This document shows, piece after piece, positions 9,811-18,036 of a stretch of DNA of 45,207 nucleotides. Where the stretch lies: positions 1 to 45,207 of the IMG/VR virus record IMGVR_UViG_3300037424_001538, one strand, 5' to 3'. A model generated the notes under the pieces. It was not told the DNA's origin. It searched no databases and saw nothing but the letters and a program-made list of their open reading frames with translations. The stretch is from a virus (lineage: Duplodnaviria; Caudoviricetes). How positions within the stretch are numbered: the first letter of the stretch is position 1; every line of letters begins with the position of its first letter. The translations under genes were made by a program, and so were the position numbers.

Positions 9811-10766
9811 GTGACGATCCCTTCATGGACATCATGGAAGCTCAGGCAGATCTGGAGAAGATTGTCGAGCGTACAAGACTCAAGGAAACTCCCGGTGCGT
9901 TCACTTCAGGGTCGGTACTGTTTGCCGATCCGAGTGGTAACATCGCACAGGATAATATCAACCTTTTCTGGGACGACACAAATAACACTCTGCATCTTGG
10001 CGGGACAAGCACGATCACGGGCACGCCACGGCTGGCGCTCAAAGGGACAAACGCGGACGGCGCTGCAGGACCACATTTCGCGACGTACACGGCAGCAGAC
10101 ATCTATCCGATTCTCCACTTTCTAAGCTTCACTCACGACAACATGGAGATGTCGTTTGATGCCTACTATAATCCCGGCGATGGGCAGTGGAAATCCAGTG
10201 ATGCTGGCAGTAACTTCCAGATCAGGAAAAATGGCGACCAGTGGGGTGTGTGGTACGACAGCGGGGTCGCTCAGGGCAGCACGGTGACATGGAATGAGGG
10301 GGTACGACTGGGCATTACTGGTATCTTTTCATCGCTTGGCGACATGCGGGCATACGGCGATTTTATCTCATCAAAGGCGGGGGTCGATCGCACTGGCTAC
10401 ATCTTTCATCCACTGACCACCTACTTGACCAGCACCTCGTTTGACGGGGATGCGTTTAGCGACACCGCAAAAACGCTGATCGACCTGAGCGCGGTGTTTG
10501 GGGCACCAGCAGATATCACAGCAGTGTTATTCAGTGTCGGCGTGCGAGACAGCGGATCTGCTGCCACCGACACGGCACTCATTCTGAGCGATGACAATAC
10601 GGCGGGTAGTGGTGTTTCCGTCAGCCCGATGCCGGTCAACGATCGGCTGTTCCGAGGTGAGCTAGTGGTTCCTTGTGACGCGAACGGCGACGTGTACTAC
10701 CAGATCGATGCCTCTGGTGCCAGCACGTTCGATGTGTTTCTTTCGATTATTGGATACTGGATATGA
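9807..10766 (+). CDS. Tail fibre / receptor-binding-like protein
   Basis: End of tail module; GSVLFAD...NLFWDDTNNTL fibre-type motif; beta-rich C-terminal domain ending IIGYWI. Confidence 0.6.
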   Translation: MSDDPFMDIMEAQADLEKIVERTRLKETPGAFTSGSVLFADPSGNIAQDNINLFWDDTNNTLHLGGTSTITGTPRLALKGTNADGAAGPHFATYTAADIYPILHFLSFTHDNMEMSFDAYYNPGDGQWKSSDAGSNFQIRKNGDQWGVWYDSGVAQGSTVTWNEGVRLGITGIFSSLGDMRAYGDFISSKAGVDRTGYIFHPLTTYLTSTSFDGDAFSDTAKTLIDLSAVFGAPADITAVLFSVGVRDSGSAATDTALILSDDNTAGSGVSVSPMPVNDRLFRGELVVPCDANGDVYYQIDASGASTFDVFLSIIGYWI

Positions 10767-11035
10767 TAACGGCTCTCGATGTTCAAGCGTTGATCGAACT
10801 GCTTCAACGCACACCCATGTCTAAGGCCGAAAGACTATTCGCCGGTCGCTTCATAAACGATCTAGTGAGCACTGTAAAGGAGACCCCAGATGAAGGTGAA
10901 ACGAACCTTGGCCGGTCTGGCAGTAGTGGTGGGTCTTTTGGCATGGACCACCGCACTGGCAGTCCAAGTGCCGAGAGCGATGTTCCCGCTCGCGACAAAT
11001 CCACTCCAGGTGTCGACACTCACAACAGTACTTAA
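10763..11035 (+). CDS. Hypothetical protein
   Basis: ATGA coupling to the fibre gene; the 3' half overlaps the next ORF. Confidence 0.4.
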   Translation: MITALDVQALIELLQRTPMSKAERLFAGRFINDLVSTVKETPDEGETNLGRSGSSGGSFGMDHRTGSPSAESDVPARDKSTPGVDTHNST

Positions 11036-11369
11036 GTGTGCCTGTGGCTTCGCTAACTCGGTCATGGGTCCCGACAACAATCTATACACGATCGCTCAGA
11101 GGTTCGATAGAGGTGGTCGACTCTTCGTGTATAGGTTTGACGGCACTGTGTTGGTAGAGGTAGTTGATCCAGAAATGGTAGGGCCCATGCCTAATAGCAA
11201 TGAGCCAACATTTGGGTTGCCGGTGCAGAAGAATGGTCCTGGCAGCATACTCTTCACGCCAGGACCAAACCCCATAATGGTTATCATTGCACCAGCTCGG
11301 CCAGTGGGGGTGGTAGAAGGGGACTATAACCTGATAATGTATCGCGTGGCTCTATCTGAACTTGAGTGA
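10890..11369 (+). CDS. Hypothetical secreted/membrane-anchored protein
   Basis: RBS AAGGAG; signal-peptide-like N-terminus (MKVKRTLAGLAVVVGLLAW...ALA). Confidence 0.6.
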   Translation: MKVKRTLAGLAVVVGLLAWTTALAVQVPRAMFPLATNPLQVSTLTTVLKCACGFANSVMGPDNNLYTIAQRFDRGGRLFVYRFDGTVLVEVVDPEMVGPMPNSNEPTFGLPVQKNGPGSILFTPGPNPIMVIIAPARPVGVVEGDYNLIMYRVALSELE

Positions 11370-11946
11370 CCGGCATATACACTCTGAAGCAGGGATGGCC
11401 CAGGACCTCCCTGCTTCGGCATCCTAGATTATTGTTGTAGTAGGCTACAGAGGGATCACACATAATGTCTACCTGCACACACGCTAGGTCGTCTAGATAG
11501 GAATCAGGCAGGTCGAAAAGCACGTGCCCCAGCTCGTGTGCTATAGTCGCTTGCTGATTAGATCTCGACATAACAACCCACGCTGCACTCGAGTCATACA
11601 TGGCCAAGCCTTCATGCTCCTCGTACATCCTTCTGTGTGTCGTCAGGTTGTTCACCATAAACACCGTAATGGCATCCTGTGTGATCCACTCACCACCTTC
11701 GCCTATGGGGTTGAGATAGTAGCTGGAGGTGCTAGTGATAGATATGGTGTGTCGAACGAAAGCCGTGACAGGTTCCGGCGACAGTCTTCCCCACCACCCA
11801 ACAGCCTTGGCTACATCTTCTCTAGCTTGAGACACTATCTCGGGAGTTATAACTTCTCCCTCTGGTGAAACCACCACGACATCTACCGGCATTTGCCTTG
11901 GCTCCAGAATCGTTACCAGTAACAGGATTGCAATAAGTAGGCGCAT
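11284..11946 (-). CDS. Secreted zinc metallopeptidase (metzincin/M6-like)
   Basis: Signal peptide; TIAHELGHVLFDLPDSY (HExxH...LPD.Y) and a Met-turn-like DIMC. Confidence 0.75.
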   Translation of the reverse strand: MRLLIAILLLVTILEPRQMPVDVVVVSPEGEVITPEIVSQAREDVAKAVGWWGRLSPEPVTAFVRHTISITSTSSYYLNPIGEGGEWITQDAITVFMVNNLTTHRRMYEEHEGLAMYDSSAAWVVMSRSNQQATIAHELGHVLFDLPDSYLDDLACVQVDIMCDPSVAYYNNNLGCRSREVLGHPCFRVYMPVTQVQIEPRDTLSGYSPLLPPPLAELVQ

Positions 11947-11947
11947 G

Positions 11948-12472
11948 TTAGTCAGGTCTCCAATGATCAGCTATGACGTGTACCCATGAAGCTGACGCTG
12001 AGCCGAGCAAAATAGCTGCAACAAGCAAAAGGCTATCTATGCCATTATGAATCAAAGCACTCCAAATGTGCATAAGTAGCTTTTTTAGTGTCGCCTCAAG
12101 GAAAATGTTATCAATGACTTGCGCGAATCCATTAAGCGCCAGCCAGAAAACAGCAACGAGTCCTAGTAAATACATCGAGCGAATAATGCCACCAAGTGCA
12201 GAATGACTGAATTTTGAGCGATGCCTAACAAGATGTTTGTAGGGAGACCATAGCGCTTTTAGCACCCCCCAACGGTTGTACACTCGGGAGTTAAGATCCA
12301 TGTCTGGTGACATAAAGAATGTACTGAATAGGTGCGACGCGGCGAAGGCTGTGCCTAACGCCAGTGCGTAGTGAGTGTCGTCATGAATGTTATAACCGAT
12401 AACATAAGCGCCCCAAGCAAATGGCGCGCTGGTGATTGCACCAATGACATCATGTGTTTTGTGGCCGGGCAT
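11948..12472 (-). CDS. DUF2227-like membrane metal-binding protein
   Basis: MPGHKTHD, SPDMDL, RWG...W.PY...HRS..SH and terminal HVIAD motifs; several hydrophobic helices. Confidence 0.75.
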   Translation of the reverse strand: MPGHKTHDVIGAITSAPFAWGAYVIGYNIHDDTHYALALGTAFAASHLFSTFFMSPDMDLNSRVYNRWGVLKALWSPYKHLVRHRSKFSHSALGGIIRSMYLLGLVAVFWLALNGFAQVIDNIFLEATLKKLLMHIWSALIHNGIDSLLLVAAILLGSASASWVHVIADHWRPD

Positions 12473-12475
12473 ATG

Positions 12476-12715
12476 CTACCTCTTTTTCTTCCTCTTGTAT
12501 GTCCCCCTCCAACCAATTGGTCGACCTGAGATTAGGGGTCTTGCGGCTAGCATTATAGGTATCATGTCGGTGTAGTTGCTTGTAGACATCTCAAGGGCGG
12601 CTCTGATTAAAGAGGAGACCGTTACGTTATACTTCAATGCGGTCTCCTCCAGAGCAACGGCTTGCTCCTTCGTGAGCAGTACGCTAGTTTGTTTGCCGTT
12701 CATTTCGTGCGGCAT
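12476..12715 (-). CDS. Ribbon-helix-helix (CopG-like) DNA-binding protein
   Basis: KQTSVLL strand followed by two helices (VSSLIRAALE); basic tail. Confidence 0.6.
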   Translation of the reverse strand: MPHEMNGKQTSVLLTKEQAVALEETALKYNVTVSSLIRAALEMSTSNYTDMIPIMLAARPLISGRPIGWRGTYKRKKKR

Positions 12716-12893
12716 TTAACCTCTGATCAATAGTCGATATGGGCTCAAGCGTGTCGATGTATTTGAGCGAGCCAGCATTCTGCCGCAGGTGTATTCTTGT
12801 GACGCCATACCACTCCTCCAGGTATGCCACATTGTCTACTGGGATGGAGACTGCGTTGTCCGGCTCGCGTTTCCTAACCAGTATTGTTGCCAT
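12684..12893 (-). CDS. Hypothetical protein
   Basis: Tightly packed ORF with RBS GAGGA. Confidence 0.5.
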   Translation of the reverse strand: MATILVRKREPDNAVSIPVDNVAYLEEWYGVTRIHLRQNAGSLKYIDTLEPISTIDQRLNAARNERQTN

Positions 12894-12894
12894 C

Positions 12895-13143
12895 CTATTC
12901 CTCAGGTATGATCAGCGTCTGCTTATCGTCGATCGGAATCTCCTGCCCCTTCGCACGGGGCCTCCAGGGCCTGACTGGTTGCGCTGTTCGAATGTGACCT
13001 GACCATCGAGACCCTTCAGCCGGCTCGCTTGTCAACGGCACAATGGGTATGCCCATGTGCTTGATCACCTCGCTTTTAATCCACCGCCTAAACTCATTCA
13101 TGTCCTCGAGACTGGGCGGTGGCGATGCTAGCTTTATTTTCAT
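12895..13143 (-). CDS. Hypothetical protein
   Basis: ATGA-coupled within the operon. Confidence 0.45.
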   Translation of the reverse strand: MKIKLASPPPSLEDMNEFRRWIKSEVIKHMGIPIVPLTSEPAEGSRWSGHIRTAQPVRPWRPRAKGQEIPIDDKQTLIIPEE

Positions 13144-13367
13144 GGTCGATCACCCCACTCTATCAGCAGTTTGTACTGGCAGTCATACACGGCTGTCCTG
13201 TCATCTTCTCCGCCACGAGACTTAATACACAACTCCAGGGCTCTATCGTATCTAGCCCGGTCGTTCTTCAGGCTCCTGTTGTAACTAACAATGAATGTGA
13301 ATGTGAGGAGCCCCACCACGACCAGGACGAAGAGTAGGCTGGCTAAGCCCTCTGCTCTGGTTCTCAT
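13140..13367 (-). CDS. Small single-TM protein with two Cys (paralog of the upstream gene)
   Basis: ATG at 13367 is ATGA-coupled; TM helix then YDRALELC...C...WGDRP. Confidence 0.6.
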   Translation of the reverse strand: MRTRAEGLASLLFVLVVVGLLTFTFIVSYNRSLKNDRARYDRALELCIKSRGGEDDRTAVYDCQYKLLIEWGDRP

Positions 13368-13570
13368 GGTCGTCCTCCATACCTCAACGAAAGGTTGATC
13401 ATACAGATGGCAGGGTTGGTGGACTGGGCGCAAAGTTCTGCTGTGTAGTCGTATAGTATCCTAGTCCTTTTACGCTCATGCTCTACCGCCATCCTTAATA
13501 GACCAAGAAGGACAACCAACAACAGGATGGTTACCAGCCAGGCATCGAAACCAAGGCGAGCGTGTTTCAT
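13364..13570 (-). CDS. Small single-TM protein with two Cys
   Basis: ATG at 13570 is coupled to the FtsK-like gene stop; TM helix then YDYTAELC...C...YGGRP. Confidence 0.6.
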   Translation of the reverse strand: MKHARLGFDAWLVTILLLVVLLGLLRMAVEHERKRTRILYDYTAELCAQSTNPAICMINLSLRYGGRP

Positions 13571-14937
13571 GCGTCGTCCAGCACTTCCGCTAAAGAGATG
13601 TTGGAGTACATCACAATGCCTTTGCTCGATCTTATCTTGGTTAGGCCTAGGTCCTTTGCAGCAATCCCAAACGCCGTGTTGTTGATTGGTGTGTACTGCA
13701 TTGAAGCACACCATTCTCTGTATGCTGCATATAGAGCCGCCCCCGTTAACGAACGGCCAGGTGAATCGACAACCACTGTATCGACGAATTCGCTTGGGCT
13801 ACCAGAACCGCCTTCGGCAGCCCGTGCGGAGGTAACGGAGCCAAGCAGGGTATCGAGCAGTTGTGTGTGCTCCTCGCGCCGTGCTGGCATCCTAACAACA
13901 TAGGCATCGAACTCTTCATCGCTCACGAATGGAGCCTGTACGATTGTCTGCTCGTCGCCCAAGCGAACCACAAATGTGCCGTGACGCCTGCGTGGGTCCG
14001 GTAGAAACGACGGCGGGAAGACAATCGAGTCAGTAGGAAGTCCTAGCGCTACCGCGTTCTGAGAGCGGTCCTGGAGAGGACCTGACATTACGGTTGACAG
14101 GTTGATACGCCATCGCATGTCTCGCTTGGTGGGTGTCGACATGGACACCACCACTTTGAAACCTAGCGCACGGCCTTTCGACGCCAGTGAGATGAGCCGC
14201 TGCTCGATCAGTCCCTGGATAGCATCCATACCATCAGTGATTAGAACAACGATCATGGGTAGCACGTTACCGGTCTTAGTGACGTATTGCTCACGCGACC
14301 GATAGCCACTGCCGAAGATCAGGTCGCTACGGCGCTCTGCCTCTGCGTCGATCAAGTCTAGCCCTTGCTCGATGCGCTCGGTGCCCTTCTCACCGTATCC
14401 TCCACAAGGATCAATGACCATGTGTGCTCGGCTCTTTAGGTTGGGCGTCAGCCAGTGACCCTTCCCGTCAAGCACGATGAACTGCAGGTCTTCAGGCGTG
14501 TTGCGTGAGGTCAATGCCATGAACCATCCCATCGTGACGGTATCCTTGCCTGACCCTGATCCTCCATACACAGCGACGTTTAAGGTGTCGTCACCAAAGT
14601 CCAAAGACCGTATCGCCCCTTGAAAGTCGATGCCAAGGGGCACAGCTAGCTTGCTGGGGCTAATCCTTGGCAGGATGTTGGCTAATAGTACCATAGAGGG
14701 TAGCTCAGCGACGGCCTTTCGCACGCGGATGGCGGGATCGCCGGTCACCGCGACCGGCTGTGGGGTAGGTCTAGGCTGCGGCTGCTGTGGCTGCTGTGGC
14801 TGCTCGTCGGGGAGGTCAGGTCGAAAGCCCAGTAAGAAAAGAGCTTCTTCCCGGTTAGGAAGGCGGTGCTTAATGAACCTCCTGTATACACCCCAGCACG
14901 AGGCGGCGATAACGAATATTGTCAGTGGGTCAGTCAT
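13567..14937 (-). CDS. FtsK/SpoIIIE-like ATPase with N-terminal TM anchor and C-terminal winged helix
   Basis: RBS GGAGG; TM helix, Pro/Gln linker, VPLGID, GGSGSGKD (Walker A variant), TPEDLQFIVLDGK, EAERR, KGRALG; D5-type wHTH at the C-terminus. Confidence 0.8.
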   Translation of the reverse strand: MTDPLTIFVIAASCWGVYRRFIKHRLPNREEALFLLGFRPDLPDEQPQQPQQPQPRPTPQPVAVTGDPAIRVRKAVAELPSMVLLANILPRISPSKLAVPLGIDFQGAIRSLDFGDDTLNVAVYGGSGSGKDTVTMGWFMALTSRNTPEDLQFIVLDGKGHWLTPNLKSRAHMVIDPCGGYGEKGTERIEQGLDLIDAEAERRSDLIFGSGYRSREQYVTKTGNVLPMIVVLITDGMDAIQGLIEQRLISLASKGRALGFKVVVSMSTPTKRDMRWRINLSTVMSGPLQDRSQNAVALGLPTDSIVFPPSFLPDPRRRHGTFVVRLGDEQTIVQAPFVSDEEFDAYVVRMPARREEHTQLLDTLLGSVTSARAAEGGSGSPSEFVDTVVVDSPGRSLTGAALYAAYREWCASMQYTPINNTAFGIAAKDLGLTKIRSSKGIVMYSNISLAEVLDDA

Positions 14938-14941
14938 CCGA

Positions 14942-15556
14942 CTACTCCTCCATGAACCATAGCCATTCGACTCCGCCGGCAATCAGCAGAGACACGATTA
15001 TTGCGAAGCCAACCTTGACGATGTCAGGAGGCTCAGATGCCATCTGTAGTGCCTCTACTGAGCTGGTCCACGACGGCGTCTTGTCGATATTCTTGGCGAG
15101 GGGCCACACACCGCCAAAGTTGAAGAACGTGTCGAAGCCCACGAAGCTGAAGCCCACGAAGCTGTATTTGGTGCCGCGCCACAGTGGTCGCTGGCCGATG
15201 GTGAAAATTAGCTGCAAGCCGAACGCCCCACCGGTAGCGTAGATGCCCTCATTCACCCCAAGCCCGATTAGTGCCTGAGTCGTGGTATATACGCCTACAA
15301 GCCACACAGTCATGGCCGCGATACGGGGTCCCGTGAACAGGTGAGGTATGGAAACAGGTCCTCGTACAACAGCCTGTCGTTGAGCCCGAGGGGTCTGGTT
15401 GCGTGGCTTGTTGGTTCGTCTTTGGCGCCACCGAGCCAATCTCTTTGCGGCTTCCTGGGTAGCAGCAGCCACGTTCGCGACTGCTGACGGCTCGTTGCGT
15501 TCTTGGCTGGGCTCGACCTCTACTAGTGTAACCTGCTCAGTTGTTGATTCGCTCAT
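14942..15556 (-). CDS. Multi-pass membrane protein
   Basis: RBS AGGAGG; charged N-terminal region followed by about 4 hydrophobic segments. Confidence 0.7.
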   Translation of the reverse strand: MSESTTEQVTLVEVEPSQERNEPSAVANVAAATQEAAKRLARWRQRRTNKPRNQTPRAQRQAVVRGPVSIPHLFTGPRIAAMTVWLVGVYTTTQALIGLGVNEGIYATGGAFGLQLIFTIGQRPLWRGTKYSFVGFSFVGFDTFFNFGGVWPLAKNIDKTPSWTSSVEALQMASEPPDIVKVGFAIIVSLLIAGGVEWLWFMEE

Positions 15557-15565
15557 ATGTGCCTC

Positions 15566-16459
15566 CTAATGGCTGTTGTAGTAAGTGGCGAAATCCACAC
15601 AAGTGCCGTTCTGAGCGCATGCACCTGTGTTCCCTGATTCAGCGAGCTGGACGTGTGTGTGATTTAGGTGATTGGTTCTCCCTATTGGAGTACCTGCAGA
15701 CAACACCTGTCCCACTTGGAAGTCCGGTCGATCCTTCATGTGCCCCGCGTAAAAGACGAAACCGTCGGGAAATGTTCCCTGGATCCACTGACCTTCTGTA
15801 GGACCCGATTCATAGTATCCGACGGCAATCACCTGTAAGTCGAAGGGTGTGCCTACCACACAATTCTCAGGACATATAAAGTCGGTTCCCCAATGTTTGC
15901 ATCCTGCCTGGAAACCCCACGAAGCGCAGTCGACACTGTTGAACGATGCTCCTATTTCCATTGAGTCGGTGACACGAGACTTTCGTGGTTGCGCTGTAAT
16001 GGACTCGTTGTAGATCTGGGCAACTAGTGGTGCATGGGTCCCCCAAGGCGATGCCGCAAGTCCGTTGAACGCTAAGTTGGGGTCGTTGCTCTGGATACCC
16101 CGCACAATCTCGCTATAGCCTGGATGATTACCTTTGAGTGTGAGTAAAGTTGCATTGAAACCGTCTTCCGCCGACAAATAGTTCTTTACACAAGGGGTTT
16201 GATTAAAGCACGTCGCACCAGGCATTTCTTGGGTGGTAGCAAGGGGGTTAAAGACGGCTTCCGATCCCTCTGCCTGCTGCCACGAATTGATGAACAAAAG
16301 TGTTTCGGTTGATGGGTTGCTATTTCCTAGCCGCAAAGCCAGTTGGTAGCTCCAGTCTGTTTTGTTGTCTAGCACTGGCCTTGATGATTCTGGCGTGGAG
16401 CCTATCTGGTATAGTTTCACCAGAATCATCAAGGCGGTTGCCCACAAGTACTTCTTCAT
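15566..16459 (-). CDS. Signal-anchored peptidoglycan hydrolase: lysozyme-like domain plus M23 peptidase-like domain
   Basis: N-terminal hydrophobic anchor; WQQAEG...FNPLATT...VKNY...ASPWG lysozyme-like region; M23 motifs HWGTD (HxxxD), YAGHM and HTH (HxH). Confidence 0.75.
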   Translation of the reverse strand: MKKYLWATALMILVKLYQIGSTPESSRPVLDNKTDWSYQLALRLGNSNPSTETLLFINSWQQAEGSEAVFNPLATTQEMPGATCFNQTPCVKNYLSAEDGFNATLLTLKGNHPGYSEIVRGIQSNDPNLAFNGLAASPWGTHAPLVAQIYNESITAQPRKSRVTDSMEIGASFNSVDCASWGFQAGCKHWGTDFICPENCVVGTPFDLQVIAVGYYESGPTEGQWIQGTFPDGFVFYAGHMKDRPDFQVGQVLSAGTPIGRTNHLNHTHVQLAESGNTGACAQNGTCVDFATYYNSH

Positions 16460-16470
16460 GCCCTGACCCC

Positions 16471-17061
16471 TTAGTGCTTCGGCGTGCCTATCGCTTCTCC
16501 CTTGACCAAACCGTGAAGCAACATTCGAGCCAGATCCTCTTGTGCTGTGGGGTTATCGACCATAAACGGATCGGCCGAGCAGGCCTGCACTCCGGATGCA
16601 GGGATCTGAACGCACCACCATCCATCTCCTGGCTCTCCCAGATTAGCGAACACGTACTCGGACGAGGCGATGGGAGACGGTTGCGGCCATGTTGGATATG
16701 GCGTAGCGGTGGGGATCTTGGCACTGTCCGGGAGGCCCCTAACAACGATCTTATCCTTCTTGGGCACCGCGACGTTGCCCCCTGCGACCCCTTGCGTTGG
16801 GGCTGTAGCTGCAGCCGTCGGTGTCGCTTGGGGCAGTGGCGCTCCATTGGATGTGAACACGATGCCACTGCCAGTAACCGGCAGAGCGTTTAGTGCTGGC
16901 TGAGCAGCAAGCCTGTTCGCGCCTGCCATGATTGTGCCTGCGACGCTGGGCGCGTTACCCGCCAGTTTCACAATCGTCTGGCACCCACCAGCCAAGATGA
17001 GCCATGCCGCAACGACGAAGAACAGGAACCCTCTCAACTCACGTGCAAGTGCTGATACCAT
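16471..17061 (-). CDS. Membrane-anchored Pro/Thr/Ala-rich protein
   Basis: TM/lipobox-like LILAGGC; PQATPTAAATAPT linker; small Cys-containing C-terminal domain. Confidence 0.6.
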   Translation of the reverse strand: MVSALARELRGFLFFVVAAWLILAGGCQTIVKLAGNAPSVAGTIMAGANRLAAQPALNALPVTGSGIVFTSNGAPLPQATPTAAATAPTQGVAGGNVAVPKKDKIVVRGLPDSAKIPTATPYPTWPQPSPIASSEYVFANLGEPGDGWWCVQIPASGVQACSADPFMVDNPTAQEDLARMLLHGLVKGEAIGTPKH

Positions 17062-17278
17062 CGAATTCCCCCTTAGATCTGATGTATGGGTGAGGTCGGA
17101 GCTCGTCTTTTAGAGCTTTTACATCACCCTCTCGGAATAACCACCGCGCCCCCGATTTGTAGGAGGCTAGCTTGCCCGACTTGGCCCAATTGTAGACCGT
17201 ACCTACTGAGACGTCGAGGATCTCCGCCGCTCTTATGACGCCTATGTAGCCAGTGTCAACTTTGGCTGTTTCTTCCAT
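17039..17278 (-). CDS. Excisionase-family (HTH_17) DNA-binding protein
   Basis: RAAEILDVSVGTVYNWAKSGKLASYKSGARWLFRE. Confidence 0.85.
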   Translation of the reverse strand: MEETAKVDTGYIGVIRAAEILDVSVGTVYNWAKSGKLASYKSGARWLFREGDVKALKDELRPHPYIRSKGEFDGISTCT

Positions 17279-17283
17279 GCTTC

Positions 17284-17312
17284 ATTATACTCCTAATTTG
17301 CAAGAAAAGCAA
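17284..17312 (-). promoter_or_regulatory. sigma70 promoter TTGCTT-N17-TATAAT, leaderless
   Basis: Exact 17-nt spacer; ATG of the HTH gene lies 5 nt after the -10 box. Confidence 0.8.
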
Positions 17313-17325
17313 GCTCCAAAAAGTG

Positions 17326-17814
17326 TTAACCATCACCTTCTCGCAGCTGGTCAGCCTTCTTCCTATCTGCTTGAACGATAGCCTGCCAAACCGGTCTCTG
17401 ATCGTCAGGCAAGTACTTCTTTGCCTCCTCCATGTATAACCCCTCACAACGACTGCACACAGGATGACCGCAGGCTGTGGTGAAGGCACGATCGTCGCAC
17501 AAGACACAGGCTGGCGGCGACCATATCACAATGTTGTCCACCTCTGGCTCGGCCACTTCAACCTTGAAGTAAGGCGACTCGTGCCTGGCTTCGGGGACGG
17601 ACTCAAACCCTGTAGGTCCCAGAATGAGGTGACCGAAGAGTGTGTCACCAAAGTAGAGGTGGACGTGAATGGGCTCCTTGGGCAGTTCGAAGTCTTCGGG
17701 TAGCTCTACATCTACCTGAGGACTATTGTATCTTTTGTCCCAGCCCCTAATAGGACATGTGGCTATCAGCTCACCTAGGCCTTCCTCAGACGCTCTGCGT
17801 ACTTTGATCTCCAT
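17326..17814 (-). CDS. Hypothetical protein with C-terminal Cys cluster
   Basis: RBS AAGGAG; CVLC...CGHPVCSRC. Confidence 0.55.
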   Translation of the reverse strand: MEIKVRRASEEGLGELIATCPIRGWDKRYNSPQVDVELPEDFELPKEPIHVHLYFGDTLFGHLILGPTGFESVPEARHESPYFKVEVAEPEVDNIVIWSPPACVLCDDRAFTTACGHPVCSRCEGLYMEEAKKYLPDDQRPVWQAIVQADRKKADQLREGDG

Positions 17815-18028
17815 AACGTTGTATCTCCTTGACTATGTCGACCATATCGTACAGTTGGTGATAAACAATCCAACCGAAACGCTCAGCGTGCTTGGGTGTG
17901 AATGGAATGAAGAAGTTGTATGCTTCGGGCTCGCTCATCCAGTTCTTCAGATAGATTATGATCCTACTGTCATAGCTGATCCGGCCATAACCGTCGCGCC
18001 ACACAAGAGGCCTTGATAATGGATCCAT
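17786..18028 (-). CDS. Hypothetical protein
   Basis: RBS AGGAG directly after the polymerase stop. Confidence 0.5.
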   Translation of the reverse strand: MDPLSRPLVWRDGYGRISYDSRIIIYLKNWMSEPEAYNFFIPFTPKHAERFGWIVYHQLYDMVDIVKEIQRYGDQSTQSV

Positions 18029-18036
18029 GGTCGCTC

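Noticed and set aside
17039-17278. Evidence of an integrated prophage or ICE boundary
   Set aside because: No integrase, att repeat or host housekeeping genes are visible in the window.
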